Positions 26,021 to 45,902 of a stretch of DNA of 64,000 nucleotides are shown one piece after another. How positions within the stretch are numbered: position 1 is the first letter of the stretch; each line of letters starts with the position of its first letter. This DNA is from Octopus vulgaris (taxonomy: Eukaryota), in the NCBI GenBank assembly GCA_951406725.2, contig OX597814.1, positions 165,044,001 to 165,108,000 on the forward strand. The letters run 5' to 3'. Made by a program: the position numbers and the translations under genes. Under the pieces are notes generated by a model. That model had not been told where the DNA came from. It saw nothing but the letters and a program-made list of their open reading frames with translations, and ran no database searches.

Positions 26021-26407
26021 TCTCTCTCTATATAAACGGCAGTTTGTCTGTGCGTGTTTCTGTGTGTCTGTTTGCTTGTACCCTCACTCTGACCACGGCT
26101 TTCAACCGATTCTGATGAAACTTGACACACACATAGCCCAATGTCATAATTCAAAACTAACGCAGCGAAAATTTTGAAAAGTTCCCCCAGTTCTGAAAAA
26201 AATCGATAAATTCGACATTGGGTCGAGAATCAAAAAAAACAAACCACAGACTGTCTAGGGGACGCAACTCAACGTTTTTTTACTCTCAAAAAAAAATTTA
26301 CCATCATTTTTTTTCCATTTTTTTGCTATTTTTGGGCTATAACTCTCTAAAAATGCTTTATAGTTATTTCCCTTACAAACCTGAGCAACGCCGGGCGATA
26401 CTGCTAG
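26021..26407 (+). mobile_element. Non-autonomous Helitron
   Basis: A|TC 5' end, subterminal hairpin CCTG-AGCAACGC-CGGG, CTAG|T 3' end; last ~70 bp shared with 55955-56466. Confidence 0.8.
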
Positions 26408-26484
26408 TGTGTCTCTAAACCTAGATATCCTTGCATGTGCTTCGTAAGAATTATTATATAGATGAACGCAAGAATACATGCATA

Positions 26485-26690
26485 TTCGTTTATTCTTTTA
26501 TTTGTTTCAGTCATTTGACTGTGGCCATGCTGGAGCACCACCTTATTCCTTGTAAGCCTAGTACTTATTCTATCGGGTTTATTACCGAACCGCTAAGTTA
26601 TGAAGGACAGGCATTGGGTGTCAAGCGATGTTGGGGTGAGGCACAAATACACACACACAAACACACACACACGCACACGCACGCACACAC

Positions 26691-26741
<51 letters not shown>

Positions 26742-26897
26742 CAACGAGCTTCTTTCAGTTTCCGTCTACCAAATCCACTCACAAGGCTTTGGTCGGGTCC
26801 AGTCTGTAGTAGAAGACACTTGCCCATGGTCCATGCAGTGGCACTGAACCCGGAACCATGTGGTTGGTAAGCAACCTACTTACCAAACAGCCATTCC
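26485..26897 (-). mobile_element. SINE family 2 with internal microsatellite
   Basis: Reverse complement of the 46366-46836 architecture. Confidence 0.75.
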
Positions 26898-26923
26898 TGC
26901 ATATGAGGATATACATATACATG

Positions 26924-26989
<66 letters not shown>

Positions 26990-26996
26990 TATACAT

Positions 26997-27208
26997 ATGT
27001 GTTTATTTGTATGTATGTCCGCCGTGTCTGTATATATATATATATATATGTATAAAAATATATATGTGTGTGTGTGTGTGTACATGTACGTATATATATA
27101 TATACATATATATATACGTACATGTACACACACACACACACATATATATTTTTATACATATATATATATATATACAGACACGGCGGACATACATACAAAT
27201 AAACACAT
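26997..27208. repeat. ~212-bp near-perfect palindrome
   Basis: atgtgtttatttgtatgtatgtccgccgtgtctg... mirrored by ...cagacacggcggacatacatacaaataaacacat; centre in (TA)n near 27103. Confidence 0.9.
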
Positions 27209-27755
27209 GCACACAATCAGAGTTAATTCATAATTCAAGTTCTGTTTTTTATAATTTCCTTTGAATGTCATATTCTTTCCCGATCTTAATCTTTCTTCTT
27301 TTATCCTCTTTCTATTGTATCTCGCGAGGGTCATTATGCCACTAAAAACACATGGACCGGTTCTATTTCACTTTCTTATTATTCGTTGATTGATTTAACT
27401 ATTTCACCAATTAACGAATTCATCCTTAGATTAATTATTCAGATATATCTATTTGTCAAAGTCTTTTCTTTACCATTCGTGACCTCTTGAATGACATTCT
27501 CTATTCCTTCTCTTTGCACGCTATATCATTTCCTCTCTTGTCCATATCTCTCTTGTTCTCCTGCCAATATCACTCTTACACTGACTCTCCTTCTCCTACT
27601 CTCTTTGTCATATATCTATTTTATTTTGATCTGTCTTCTCTTCAAATCCTTTCTGCTTCCCGTATATATTTATTACTCACTGCACCACTCTCTTTCATTA
27701 TCTCCTTCCTTCGCCTCATTCACTCAGCCATATACACACACTGATACACAAAAAT

Positions 27756-27801
<46 letters not shown>

Positions 27802-28304
27802 TCACACTGACACACAGCTCATCATATATATACATACATACATACTTACACACACACGTACACACATATGCATACATCTTAAATACACACATATAATATA
27901 TATTATATATTATATACAGAGAGAGAGAGGAAAAGAGAGAGTTGAGAACCATTGACACTGTGTATAGCTGTCATTCTTTCCCACATGATGTAACTCTCAC
28001 AAGACAAAACACAGGAAGCCTATGAAAGGTTAGGGACCCCCACCTTACTCTGCACCGAGTGAGGTGACTGCTGCTGCTGCTGTTGTTGTTGCTGCTGTTG
28101 TTTTTATTACTCCTACCACTACTATTACTCATAGGATGATGCAGAGAAAGGAGTAGATGCGGACGCCGATGACATTACACGTTTCACCATCACCATCCTC
28201 CATTAGTAACAAGTCCTCAACAAAGGAATCTTCACGTGGATACTCAACCTGTTAGAAATAGAAGCTACATTTCTTCCAGTCATACCCTAACAGGAGGAAT
28301 TACA

Positions 28305-28650
28305 ACCGTGTTTCGTGGTCTGCTACCACAACAGCTCCTTTATAGGATCCAGTTAGCTCAAGACATCATCAGGAGGAACCAAGTCCGGTTTCGGCCGCTA
28401 CTCATCTACCGTTTTGACGTCCCCCCCCCTTTCGGAGGTGTCTTCAGCTCTAGTGTTGGGTGTATGTCTTCTTTCTCCTTCTGCTTCTGTTCCTTGGCCT
28501 CTTCGATGTAGCGTCAACGAGTGTCAGCGGGGGGACTGACTGTCTTGTCAAATCTCCCTTTAAATACCTGTTGCTAGGCTCCAGCAGGCAACCCCAGCAA
28601 GTCACGTGACACTGTCTCAACTTTAACTGACCAATAGAGGGCGCGTAGTC
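28305..28650 (-). mobile_element. PLE-like pLTR remnant with promoter motifs and tandem hammerhead-like motifs
   Basis: CCAAT 28631-28635, GTCACGTGAC 28601-28610, TATTTAAA 28566-28559 (minus), then GATGAG..GGCC-GAAA-CCGG and CTGATGA(28372-28366)..long hairpin..GAAA(28314-28311). Confidence 0.55.
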
Positions 28651-28789
28651 TTAGCCCACGCATTCTCTAAACGAGACCGTCACCAGTCAATCAGCGAGGC
28701 TAATACAGTATCAGCTTGTATCACCTAGTGGTGTTATTTTCCTGCCGGCGTATTATGACTTTCAAGCCATTTTGGTCTTCCCGCTTCAG

Positions 28790-29075
28790 CCATATATAGA
28801 AGCTGGCTTTTACGACCGCCTCCTAAATTAAAGTAAAGACAGTAAAGAAGTTTCGGAGATAGCTAACAATCGACAGCAGAAAATTGACAAATATCAGGAC
28901 GTAGCCAGAGCGATAGAGATTGTAGAAGGCGAAGGTAACAAGTGTTCCTGTTGTTATTGCTGTAGCTGGCACATCACCTAAGCTGATACCTATGAGGCTA
29001 AAGGCTCTTAGAATTGAGATACGGACTGTCGACCAGCATTCTACAAAAGTCCAATGAAAACTTCTTGAAATTTAA
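28790..29075 (+). pseudogene. Old R4/Dong-type LINE 3' fragment
   Basis: Decayed KYQDVARAI..KVTSVPVVIAVAGT..RLKALRIE coding. Confidence 0.6.
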
Positions 29076-29170
29076 GATTAACTGTTACCAAAAGTAAAAG
29101 CACCATCTCTACTAAATAGCGTTAAGCATTTTACCCAGAATGCGAACGAGTCTACCAGCTCACCGCTTTA

Positions 29171-29237
<67 letters not shown>

Positions 29238-29238
<1 letters not shown>

Positions 29239-29447
29239 CCTTTCTACTGGATGTATAAGGCCTCAAATTTGGGGGAAGGGATTATGTCGATTACATCGAC
29301 CCCAGTGCGTGACTGGTACTTATTTAAATGACCCCAAAAGGGTGAAAGTCGACCTCGGCGGAATTTGAACTCAGAACGAAGCGGCTGACGAAACAACGCT
29401 AAGCATTTCGCCCAGCATGCTAACAATTCTGCCAGCTCACCGCTTTA
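29238..29447 (-). mobile_element. SINE family 1 in (AAT)n
   Basis: Reverse complement of the head and body at 47326-47490; head segment duplicated at 29113-29168. Confidence 0.85.
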
Positions 29448-29469
29448 GTAATAATAATAATAATGATAA

Positions 29470-30933
29470 TACCGGTCAACAAAAAAGGACTTTTGTCCTA
29501 CGCTTGGGTATATTTTAGATGAAATATATCATATTGAGCATGCTGATTCTGAAAATTAAAACCATTTTTACCCATCACGTCTACGTTACTTGCTTTTGAC
29601 ATTGGCATTTTTAGCCATTTTTGTAAAAATCGGCTAGTTTTTACTATTTTATGACTAATGTTTGGATAATGTTGATATTGCAAATCAATGCAATGTGTAT
29701 TTCAAATGGTCTCCAACATTATTCAAGATCGTTAGATAGATTGATGAAAATATACGTGAAGGATTCAGGATCTGTCCCAGGTCAGAGTGCCCTCATCATC
29801 GGGTAATACGGGCCGGAGTAGGGCTACCCTTGCAATTTCCCTATAGATCAAGGTCTAGGACATGTTTAATGTTCATGACAGAAACACAAATATAAGACAT
29901 TATTTAAGAAGAAAATATTAGAAAACACAATATAAGAAAATCACATTTGTCAGAAAATAACTTTTTAATAAAGAACTTCAAATCATCATAAGTCATTCCA
30001 GCAAGGAACTTGACAGCTATCGAATACATTTCCGTTTTCGGGATTGGCGTGAATGATCGGTCTCTGGGCTGTCCATTTTAATACTTCAACAGTAGTCCGC
30101 CATCATTCTAATATCCCAACGTTCTTGATATCTTTCGTTCATCACTCTGATGTCCTGATGTCTCTTTGTTCTTCACCTAAATCACCACAGTTTTCAGGAA
30201 GCCAGTCCGGATGACTGTGAAATAAGTTTACTTTAATACTCATGTTACCTCCAAGAGCATCAGAGCATGTCAGCAAATGTCCGGTGACTTCTTACTCTCC
30301 AAAAAGTTTTTAACGACAGCTGCAAATGCATTCCACGCGTTTGATTCTAGGATAGTCATACTGCTTACAAAGTTCTCATCCTGAATAAGTTTTCGTATAT
30401 CAGGTCCATCAAAAACATGTGCTTTCAGTTTCTCGATGCTGAAAGCCAATTCTTCTGAATTCGCTGTGTTTAGGCGCTCTTGTCAATGTGACAACAAACA
30501 AAATTCATAAACCACAAAAGAAAGAATTTGTTATTGTTTTGTGTGAAGACCACCTGGTGGTAATCCCATCTAAAAAATTTTGATTATACAGCTTTTAGTA
30601 TCACAATAATGGACCACCTGGGATTGTCAGGTTCATGTGTTAAAAATGGCATTACTTTTAATTTTTTCTTTGTTAAATGAGCAAACAGCCTAACGGTAAT
30701 GTTTATAGTATTTGATTCAATGCAAATTTGCATTGTTATAGCTTCAACAAATAAAAATAGAATTTAGAAATATCAGGACACTATGGAATTTTTGGTCAAA
30801 AATTGAGATTTTTTTAATACAGCCCAAACCTGACGTGATGGGAGAAAATGGAAGTCATTTTTGGATTCAGCACCCCATAGTTAGCAAAGAAAGAAAGTTT
30901 CTTGCCCCAGCAGAAAATTTATGTTGACCAGTG
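29470..30933 (-). mobile_element. Chapaev3-like (CMC superfamily) DNA transposon, internally deleted
   Basis: Termini (T)ACCGGTCAACA / TGTTGACCAGTG plus subterminal inverted repeat ccatcacgtc/gacgtgatgg; minus frames EKLKAHVFDGPDIRKLIQDENF..AWNAF and NMSIKV..HSH.D..PENCGDL.EE. Confidence 0.75.
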
Positions 30934-30937
30934 ATAA

Positions 30938-31136
30938 TCATTTCTATTATAGGCACAAGCTTGAAATTTTGGGGGAGCAGGATAGTCGATTACATCGACC
31001 CTAGTATTCAATTGGTACTTATTTCATCGACTCCGAAGGGATGGCAGACCAAGTCGACCTCGGTGGAAACTGAACTCAGAATGTAAAGATGGACTAAATA
31101 CCACTAAGCTTGCACGGCGCGCTAACGGTTCTGCCA
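30938..31136 (-). mobile_element. SINE family 1
   Basis: Same body (gtcgacctcggtggaaactgaactcagaa) and tail as the 22.4-kb copies. Confidence 0.8.
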
Positions 31137-31163
31137 AAGCGCCAACATTCATGTTATCAGCAC

Positions 31164-36898
<5,735 letters not shown>

Positions 36899-36914
36899 CC
36901 CTTTCATTGTCTTA

Positions 36915-37472
36915 TGCCCTGATGCAGTACCAGGCAGTGGCTCTCGTGGCTTCTGATATTAACTGATTGGAAGTGTCATCATGTACATTGTTTTGTCTTG
37001 GTATAAAAGATGGGCTACAGAAAATATTCTGCTCAGTACCACAAATTTGCTTGTCAGTTGTTTGATCTAAACTAGTTGAGCATGTCCCTTAGGGGCTGAC
37101 GATATGTGCATCTCTGATCACGAGCAGAAGTAGTGGGGGAGCATCATAGCCATGTGTTGAAAGGGATTCTTTGGAGTTTGAATAATTCACCCCTGGAAAC
37201 ATGGGTGTTTCGTTCAACATCCTTAAACAACCCCTATTCAAGGACCTTTTGAGCGGGATGGGCTACTCGACCTGAAGAAATTTCTAACTGGGCCCCACCT
37301 GCAAGGTCATGTGCTGTTTATCTTGATATGAGATCACCATGTCGTGCACACATGGTTGTGATGCATGTGCCTAGTGTACCCTTATCAGACGGGTAGCCAT
37401 GATGGATATACTGGGCTTCATATAATTGTACCCCAGTGTCACTTTGATGCTATGCACTGCTCTCTTTCTCTC
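36915..37472 (-). mobile_element. ~550-bp element, copy F (diverged, intact TGCCCTGATG end)
   Basis: Colinear with C but with many private substitutions. Confidence 0.9.
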
Positions 37473-37795
37473 AATAATAATAATAATAAAAAGAAACGAG
37501 GAAGAAGAAATGTCTAACTAACTTTATTTGGCATTGTACATCTAGCGGTCTTGTCATTACAGTAGCTAGATAGGAATATTCGGAGAAGATAAACAAAACA
37601 AAAAAAAATAGGAAGAAGATAATGATATCACTGGTGATACCGGGACTGTCAACGTCACAGACACTATCTTGGAACCTCTCGTGAGTTTTTATTGCCTGCT
37701 TTCAAGTAAAGAATAACCGGTAATTAAGAACTATCCGAGAGTCTTTCAGAAGAAGAAGAAGAACAACAACAACAACAACAACAACAACAAAAAAG

Positions 37796-37831
<36 letters not shown>

Positions 37832-38267
37832 AATAATAATAATGTGGTTTCAGCAACAGTAGTAGGGTTGGGGTAGTGGTAAGGGCGGTAGTTGGGCCTC
37901 AGATTCCTGTGCTATCATAATAGTAATAGTTGTAGTATTATTGTAGTATTAGTAGTATTTAGTATTAGCAGCTGCAACATATTATTATTTTTATTTTTAT
38001 CATTATCACCATCACCACCACTGCAATGGTTGGAGGAAATAGTTGGGTAGCAGTTTGGTGAATAGATCACAGGTCCATAAACAGATTCGGCAGATGGTGG
38101 GGAGGTCAGCCATAGAGACAAAAGAATCTTCGTGCATTTTGGGTTAGCAGAGATCAAATGTGTTTACTACTACCAGTGGCCACTGGGAGCGCAGCCTTGA
38201 AAAGTGGCAATTCAATCTGTTCTATTTTTAATTACTGATAGAAAAAAATCAATAATGAAGATTGTAT

Positions 38268-38348
<81 letters not shown>

Positions 38349-38362
38349 CATACATACATATA

Positions 38363-38442
<80 letters not shown>

Positions 38443-38933
38443 TATATACATACATACATATATACAGATATTCACGTCGTTGAATTTTTGAATTTCTGAA
38501 TTCAAATGTGTTGCAATAAAAGGTATGTTTACGTATTCGGGTAATATATTAAAGTTTTAAATTTATTTTGAGATGTTCGTTTGTCTGTCCAGTTGGAGAA
38601 TACAGTAGGTGTTTTGCAATGAAAAGGATGATTACATTTTCAAATACTCAGGGAGAGTCAAAAGAAAAGAAAAGAAAAGTTGTAGATAATAACGTTTTAA
38701 GATTTACTAAATGTGGTCCTTTGTATGACTGCACAGAGAGAAATGGTAGGGTTCTTAGAATAGAAAGGAGGATGATGTTTACATTTTTGAATACTCAGGG
38801 AGAAAGGAAAGGATAAGTATTCACACAGTAGTTTTAGATATTAAAGGGGTTTTTTTTAAAGCTGATCGTTTGTGTGTTCGAAAGCTGTATGTATGTAAAT
38901 TTCCTAACTTATTTTATAAAAACAATAATATCA

Positions 38934-40040
<1,107 letters not shown>

Positions 40041-40578
40041 TACAGAAATTCTCGGCATATTTTGCGCGCAGAGAGACCGCCTTACCGATTCCACCGAAAG
40101 ATATTTTGAGTAAAATATATTTCCAATTAGCACTAATATATGTTTTGCTGGATAAACAAATAATGTAACTTACCACCTTATTTCTTGGGTGTCAGAAATT
40201 TCCTAGCCACTTTATTGCCGGGATATTTAGGTTGTCCCCCTATTGTCTAACATAATTCGCTATCAGATTGAAACATGATGTTTATGATTTTGAGCAAACG
40301 CCTTTAAAGAATATATATAACGTAAGCAGTTAAAATTCAAACTACAAATACAAGAAAAAATGAAAAGAAAAGTGGTAGATCCTCTCACGGGAGTGGAACC
40401 ACGTATTTGTCAACAGATACATAACTCGACTTAGGTGAAAGTATCAGTCCAGTTATAAATGTCTTGTATATAATTTATATTCGAAATTTATGTTAAATAA
40501 ACCCACACATAAACACATTCAGGCAAATATAGACATGCATACACATGTGCGCGCACACACACATCATCGTCGTCGTCG

Positions 40579-40636
<58 letters not shown>

Positions 40637-40639
<3 letters not shown>

Positions 40640-40830
40640 TTAACATCCGTTTTCCGTGCTGGCATGAATAAGACGGTTTGACAGAGAGTCGACGAGTCTC
40701 AGGGCTCCCTCGAGCCATCTTTGGCATGGTTTCGATGCCTGTACGGCCTTCCTAATGCCAAATAATTGAAAGAACGCAGTGTACCGAGTGCTTATTTTGT
40801 GGCACCGGCACTAGTGAGATTGGCATGTAA
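40637..40830 (-). mobile_element. Short interspersed repeat fragment with (GAT)n tail
   Basis: Unique block tttaacatccgttttcc..ggcatggttt..ccttcctaatgccaa abutting (CAT)n at 40563-40638. Confidence 0.5.
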
Positions 40831-40939
40831 TTTGCAAGAATAACAAAGAAAAAGGAAAAGAAAAAGGTACTACTAATGCATGCATGCATACATACATACA
40901 TACATACATACATACATACATACATACATACATACATAC

Positions 40940-42004
40940 ATACATACATACATACGTGCATCCCTTGACCAAGTTTGCATACATGAGGCTGATAATTTCA
41001 TAAGACTTGGAAGGCAGCTCCTTCAGCAACACTTTTTGTCTGATAACCTAGAATACATGCCCAAAGAAATCGCACGACTCTACCGCAACGTATCATCTGA
41101 TGAAAGGATGAGCCTATATGAGCAGAAGACTATGCATGGATATGTCAGTAGAAAGTTCCGTGATGATTGTAACATCGATCATCAAAGCAGTTTATCATGG
41201 ACCAATAGCTGGATTACTGCCTCACACTTTTAAGGGTATGTATTTGCAATTCAGAAACAGGAAATATTAACCAAGTAACAGATGAACAAAAGGGATAGAG
41301 ATGCAGGAAAAGCCGTAAAATGTGACAACCAATGCAGACTTTGTGGAGTTCACACTGAAGATACCACCCACATCATAAGGAGTTGCCCGAAAATGTCATC
41401 ACGGTATTATCCACCGGTGAGACACGATGTAGCTAGACACTCTATAATGAAATCCGTCGGAAGGATAATCCCGAGGACAAAGAAATAAGAGCCTACAATA
41501 TGGTAGAAGCCATAGCCACTCATAATAAAAAGGAATACTGGTGGAATGTAGCAGTGAAGACCTCAATAAAATGTAAGCACAACAGACCTGATTTGGGCTA
41601 GAGAAGAGAAACTGTGCACAGTTGTGGAAATTAGCTGACCTGCAGATGTTAACACAAAGCTTAAGATCAGTTAAAAAAGAAAGCACCTATGCTGAATTAT
41701 TGAGAAATCTGCAGTTACTCTATCCAGATTACAAGTTCAGGTTCATACCTCTCATCATTGGGGCCCTGAGATATGTGACTCACTGCCTAAATACCAATCT
41801 TGAGAAATTAGGCTTCTCAAAACCAGAAAAGAGAAAGCTAATTCGAAGACTACAGATCCAATCCATCGCTGGAACTGCAAAAATTCTGAGAAACTTTCCT
41901 GAATTTTATCATTTAAATATGAGCATTTCTAGATGTACAACTAGATGTACAACTATTTGCATGAGAATATATACATAAAACATACAAATCTGCACGTACA
42001 TAAA
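40940..42004 (+). mobile_element. 5'-truncated RLE (R4-like) LINE in (ACAT)n, decayed
   Basis: CRLCGVHTEDTTHIIRSC (CCHC), RHDVA, HNRPDL, VVEIS, K..TYAELLRNLQLLYPDYKFRFIPLIIGAL; (ACAT)n on both flanks. Confidence 0.88.
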
Positions 42005-42084
42005 ACATACATACATACATACATACATACATACATACATACATACATACATACATACATACATACATACATACATACATACAA

Positions 42085-42500
42085 AACCGCTTTGCGCGGG
42101 GAGGATTGTCCTGATGGACATATCAAGAGACACACCTGAACCAGAAAGTATCCACATATTTTTAAAAAAGCATACTGGTGGACATTCCAATGACAAAATC
42201 AGGTGTAAGCACACCTGATCAGATATTGCTGTATGAGACGGAAGAAATGACATCGTATTTCCTTATTGCTCACAAGGGGCTAAACATAGAGGGGTCAAAC
42301 AAGGACAGACAAAGGGATTAAGCCTATTACATTTACCCCAGTGTGTAACTAGTACTTAATTTATCGACTCCGAAAGGATGAAAGGCAAAGTCGACCTCGG
42401 CGGTATGTCAGAAGAAATTACATCTGCAGCTGTAGAGATCAGTTGGCCGGCGGCTGTGAATATCTTGTCAAAAGATGTGGAGAACAACTATTGAGAAATA
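42085..42500 (+). mobile_element. Older RLE LINE fragment interrupted by a minus-strand SINE family 1 copy (42256-42404)
   Basis: YWW..IP..K..H..DIAV before the SINE and AVEISWPAAVNI after it. Confidence 0.6.
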
Positions 42501-43088
42501 ATAAATAATTTATAGATTTTAATTTGTATTTGTATCATACATGTACAAGGCACTAATAAAAGTTCTACATAAATATGTCCAAAAATGAACAGGACAGATT
42601 TGCGATCTCAAAATATGATCGATTAACGATTCAGCGAAAAACATTCCATGGATTCTCCATTTAAGCTCCTGGGCGAATACACGCACACAATCGCATATAC
42701 ATGTGGAATACACACACACACATACACACACACACACACACACACATACGAACATACATAAATAGCAATGAAGCACCCGTACGTACATCCACTACACGAA
42801 TGCAAGTCTATCCAAGTCAACACATATGCATTCACACACATACGCGCGCAGGCACACACACAGAGACACACGCACGCACACACGTACACAGAGTAGCCCA
42901 CTGAAATAACTTCAAATCCCAAGAGTTGTCTTGATTTAAACAAAAATTCCCTATTTTGTCAGTGGTCGGCTTGAATTCTGTAAATGAAAAAGTAATAAAT
43001 TCAATATATTCCCAAAGAAGTAAACGTCCACACACACAAGCTTAAAGTACTTACACATATACATTAAGTGCATGCACACACAAATATA

Positions 43089-43655
43089 TTTGGTTGTCCG
43101 GAAAGTTCGTGCCGATTTATAGCAGCTTACCTTTCGACTTATTTTAGAACATGGTTGAGTCCATAAAATAGGATTTGATTACACCTCCATTTAGAGCACA
43201 ATTTACGCTATCTTTTCGAGGAAGAAGGTTTATGTTTCTATAACCTGTGTTAATTCTCTAACCCTTTAAAATAGAAGATAAGAAAGTTCATTTTCGGCAC
43301 TTGATGCTTTAGGAACCAGACAAAAATTGCTGCATCTTGGCTGGGATGTGTTACCTCACCCTCCATATTCACCGGATATTGCTCCTTCGGATTTCCACTT
43401 ATTCAGGTCTCTGCAGAATGGTCTTAATGGTAAAAATTTCAATTCCTTGGATGACGTAAAAAGACACCTTGATGAATTCTTTGCCATGAAACCACCCCAA
43501 TTCTGAGAAAAGGGTATTTTCAAGTTGAAGGAAAGATGGAAACGCATTGTGCAACAAAATGGTTCATATTTGGTTGATTAGAAATGTAATGGCAAGTATT
43601 TATTCACCTTTTTTTTCCCCTTTAAAATTCGGCACGAACTTTACGGACAACCCAA
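43089..43655 (+). mobile_element. Internally deleted mariner element
   Basis: TIRs TTTGGTTGTCCGGAAAGTTCGTGCCGATTT / AAATTCGGCACGAACTTTACGGACAACCCAA flanked by TA; LGWDVLPHPPYSPDIAPSDFHLFRSLQN coding. Confidence 0.92.
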
Positions 43656-43673
43656 TAGATATATATGTGTGTA

Positions 43674-43706
<33 letters not shown>

Positions 43707-43819
43707 ATGTATGTATGTATGTATGTATGTATGTATGTATGTATGTATGTATGTATGTATGTATGCATGTATGTACGTATGTATGTGTATATATATTTTT
43801 TTTTTCAACATGTGATCTC

Positions 43820-44008
43820 TTGAGCACTACCAGCAAAAATATTTTTTTCCTCTGTCTTCCCTTCTCGGGATCTTTCCTTTTCCTTTGTTTCCGACGAAGA
43901 GCTCTGTTCGAAACGTTAAACCCGCCTTCCCTTCTTTCCTGAGCGTCAAATAATACTTTAATTGTTCCTCGCGTTGCTGTGTTTCTTTCTGTGTTTTCTT
44001 GTTTGGAT

Positions 44009-44013
<5 letters not shown>
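43820..44013 (+). mobile_element. Short PLE-like element with minimal hammerhead-like motif (CCGACGA core)
   Basis: GTTT-CCGACGA-A-GAGC-TCT-GTTC-GAAA-CG-TT-AAAC at 43887-43921; downstream cctgagcgt..aatac resembles the 11-kb family; ends at (TA)n. Confidence 0.65.
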
Positions 44014-44058
<45 letters not shown>

Positions 44059-44068
44059 TACATATATA

Positions 44069-44108
<40 letters not shown>

Positions 44109-44712
44109 ATATATAATTTTTATATAACAGGCACAAAACCTCAAATTTGAAAGAAGATTATAATCGATGATACCAACCGTAGTACTTTAATACTTCATTT
44201 TATTGATCTCGGAAGGATGAAAGATAAAACAGAATTTCAGTTAATAAAATTGGTGGATTTGAACTCAAAGCATAAAGAGACCGTACCATACATATTATAC
44301 GACAAACACAATAATAACGCTTTTCCATTTTATATCCCACGTTTTTTAAACAATGCACAATTTACTTGAGTAACGAGTTATTTTAACCTGCTTTTAGCTT
44401 CTGTAAATCACACTTTTATCTATGCTACACACTCATCTGTAAATACACATTTTTCTACACAGTTATTATCACACTTATCTGTAAGTCAAAGTTATATCTG
44501 TTATACGCAAGTATACACACTATATTTTGAACTGTTCCCTTTATATAGAACAGACATGTATCTGTGTTCAATTTATGAGACATAAGCAATCTTCACAGCA
44601 CCCTTTCTTCAACACTGTCGTCGTGTTTCTTCAGTTTTTTTTTCCCACTCTGAACTTTCTTTGATCCTTTCTGCTATAACCCACCCCTGTTCTGCCTTCA
44701 TTTCTTCGTTGA

Positions 44713-44781
<69 letters not shown>

Positions 44782-45277
44782 GTGAAATTAGTAGCAGTGT
44801 TATTAAAAGTAGCAGTAGTAGTATTATCAATATTATTTTGTTTTGTTATATTTTCCCTCTGTGAACAGGAACAAACTGTTGTAAGTAGCATTAATAATAA
44901 AATATTTGTATATTTGTAAACCGCAGGCTTCTTCATCGCTCTCTCTCTCTCTCTCTCTCTCTCGTCCGCCCTCCCTCTCTCGCCCTCCTCTCTCTTTCTC
45001 GCTCTCTCTCTCCCTCTTGCCGACCCTCTCGCTCTCTCGCCCTCTTTCTCTCTTCAACAAGTGTTGGTCGCATTTATACATACAAATTCATATTTATCTC
45101 AACAGTATCTCTGATCATCATATTTTTTTTTGCGTTTATATATGTGTGTGTATAAAGATATATATGTATGTGTATAAATTATATATATATATATGTAGGT
45201 ACACGCGCGCACACATACATACATAGATGCAAATAGACAAACACAAAAACATACACACACCACACAAACACACACAC

Positions 45278-45332
<55 letters not shown>

Positions 45333-45902
45333 TCATGACATTTGATAAGATGGACGTGTCCTACACGCCCACGTAACTTTAAATCGTGTGAACCTGAGCC
45401 AAATTGTTATTAAAAATATATGTAATTCCAGCCAAATATATTAAGGGCTAATTTCTCTCGTTTGTTCCCCCAATTGTACAAACACAAACACACACACACA
45501 CACTCACACACACGCACACATACACACACACACACACGCACGCATATACACAAAATGTTTAAATTTTGACAGAATTGCATTACCTAAACATTTACTGACT
45601 AAAACTTCGAATCTAATCGCTCCGATACACAATACTAAGTAATTGAGGCGGAACCGGTTTCTAGAAAAGGTTGATTATCCTTGATTGGTGATGAGACTCT
45701 TCATTTGCAAGTTCGAATGGTTATGGCGGAGTATGTACCTTGGAAACTGGCCAGAGTTGCTGAACGAGGAAAAGGATGACATCACGATGGAAAGGATGAC
45801 GTCACGATGGAAAAGATGACGTCACTCAGCTTTTGAGAAAAAAACGTGTCAGGAAGGAGAGAGAGAGAGAGCGACAGACAGACAGACTGAAATGAAAAAG
45901 AT

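Noticed and set aside
26105-26125. CTGATGA in the Helitron body (also 17230, 41096, 59672)
   Set aside because: No stem II/GAAA/stem I arrangement follows. These are chance matches inside Helitron, transposase or LINE sequence.
38580-38840. Diverged ~150-bp tandem duplication (aatactcagggaga)
   Set aside because: The duplication is real but old and featureless, and I could assign no structure or family.
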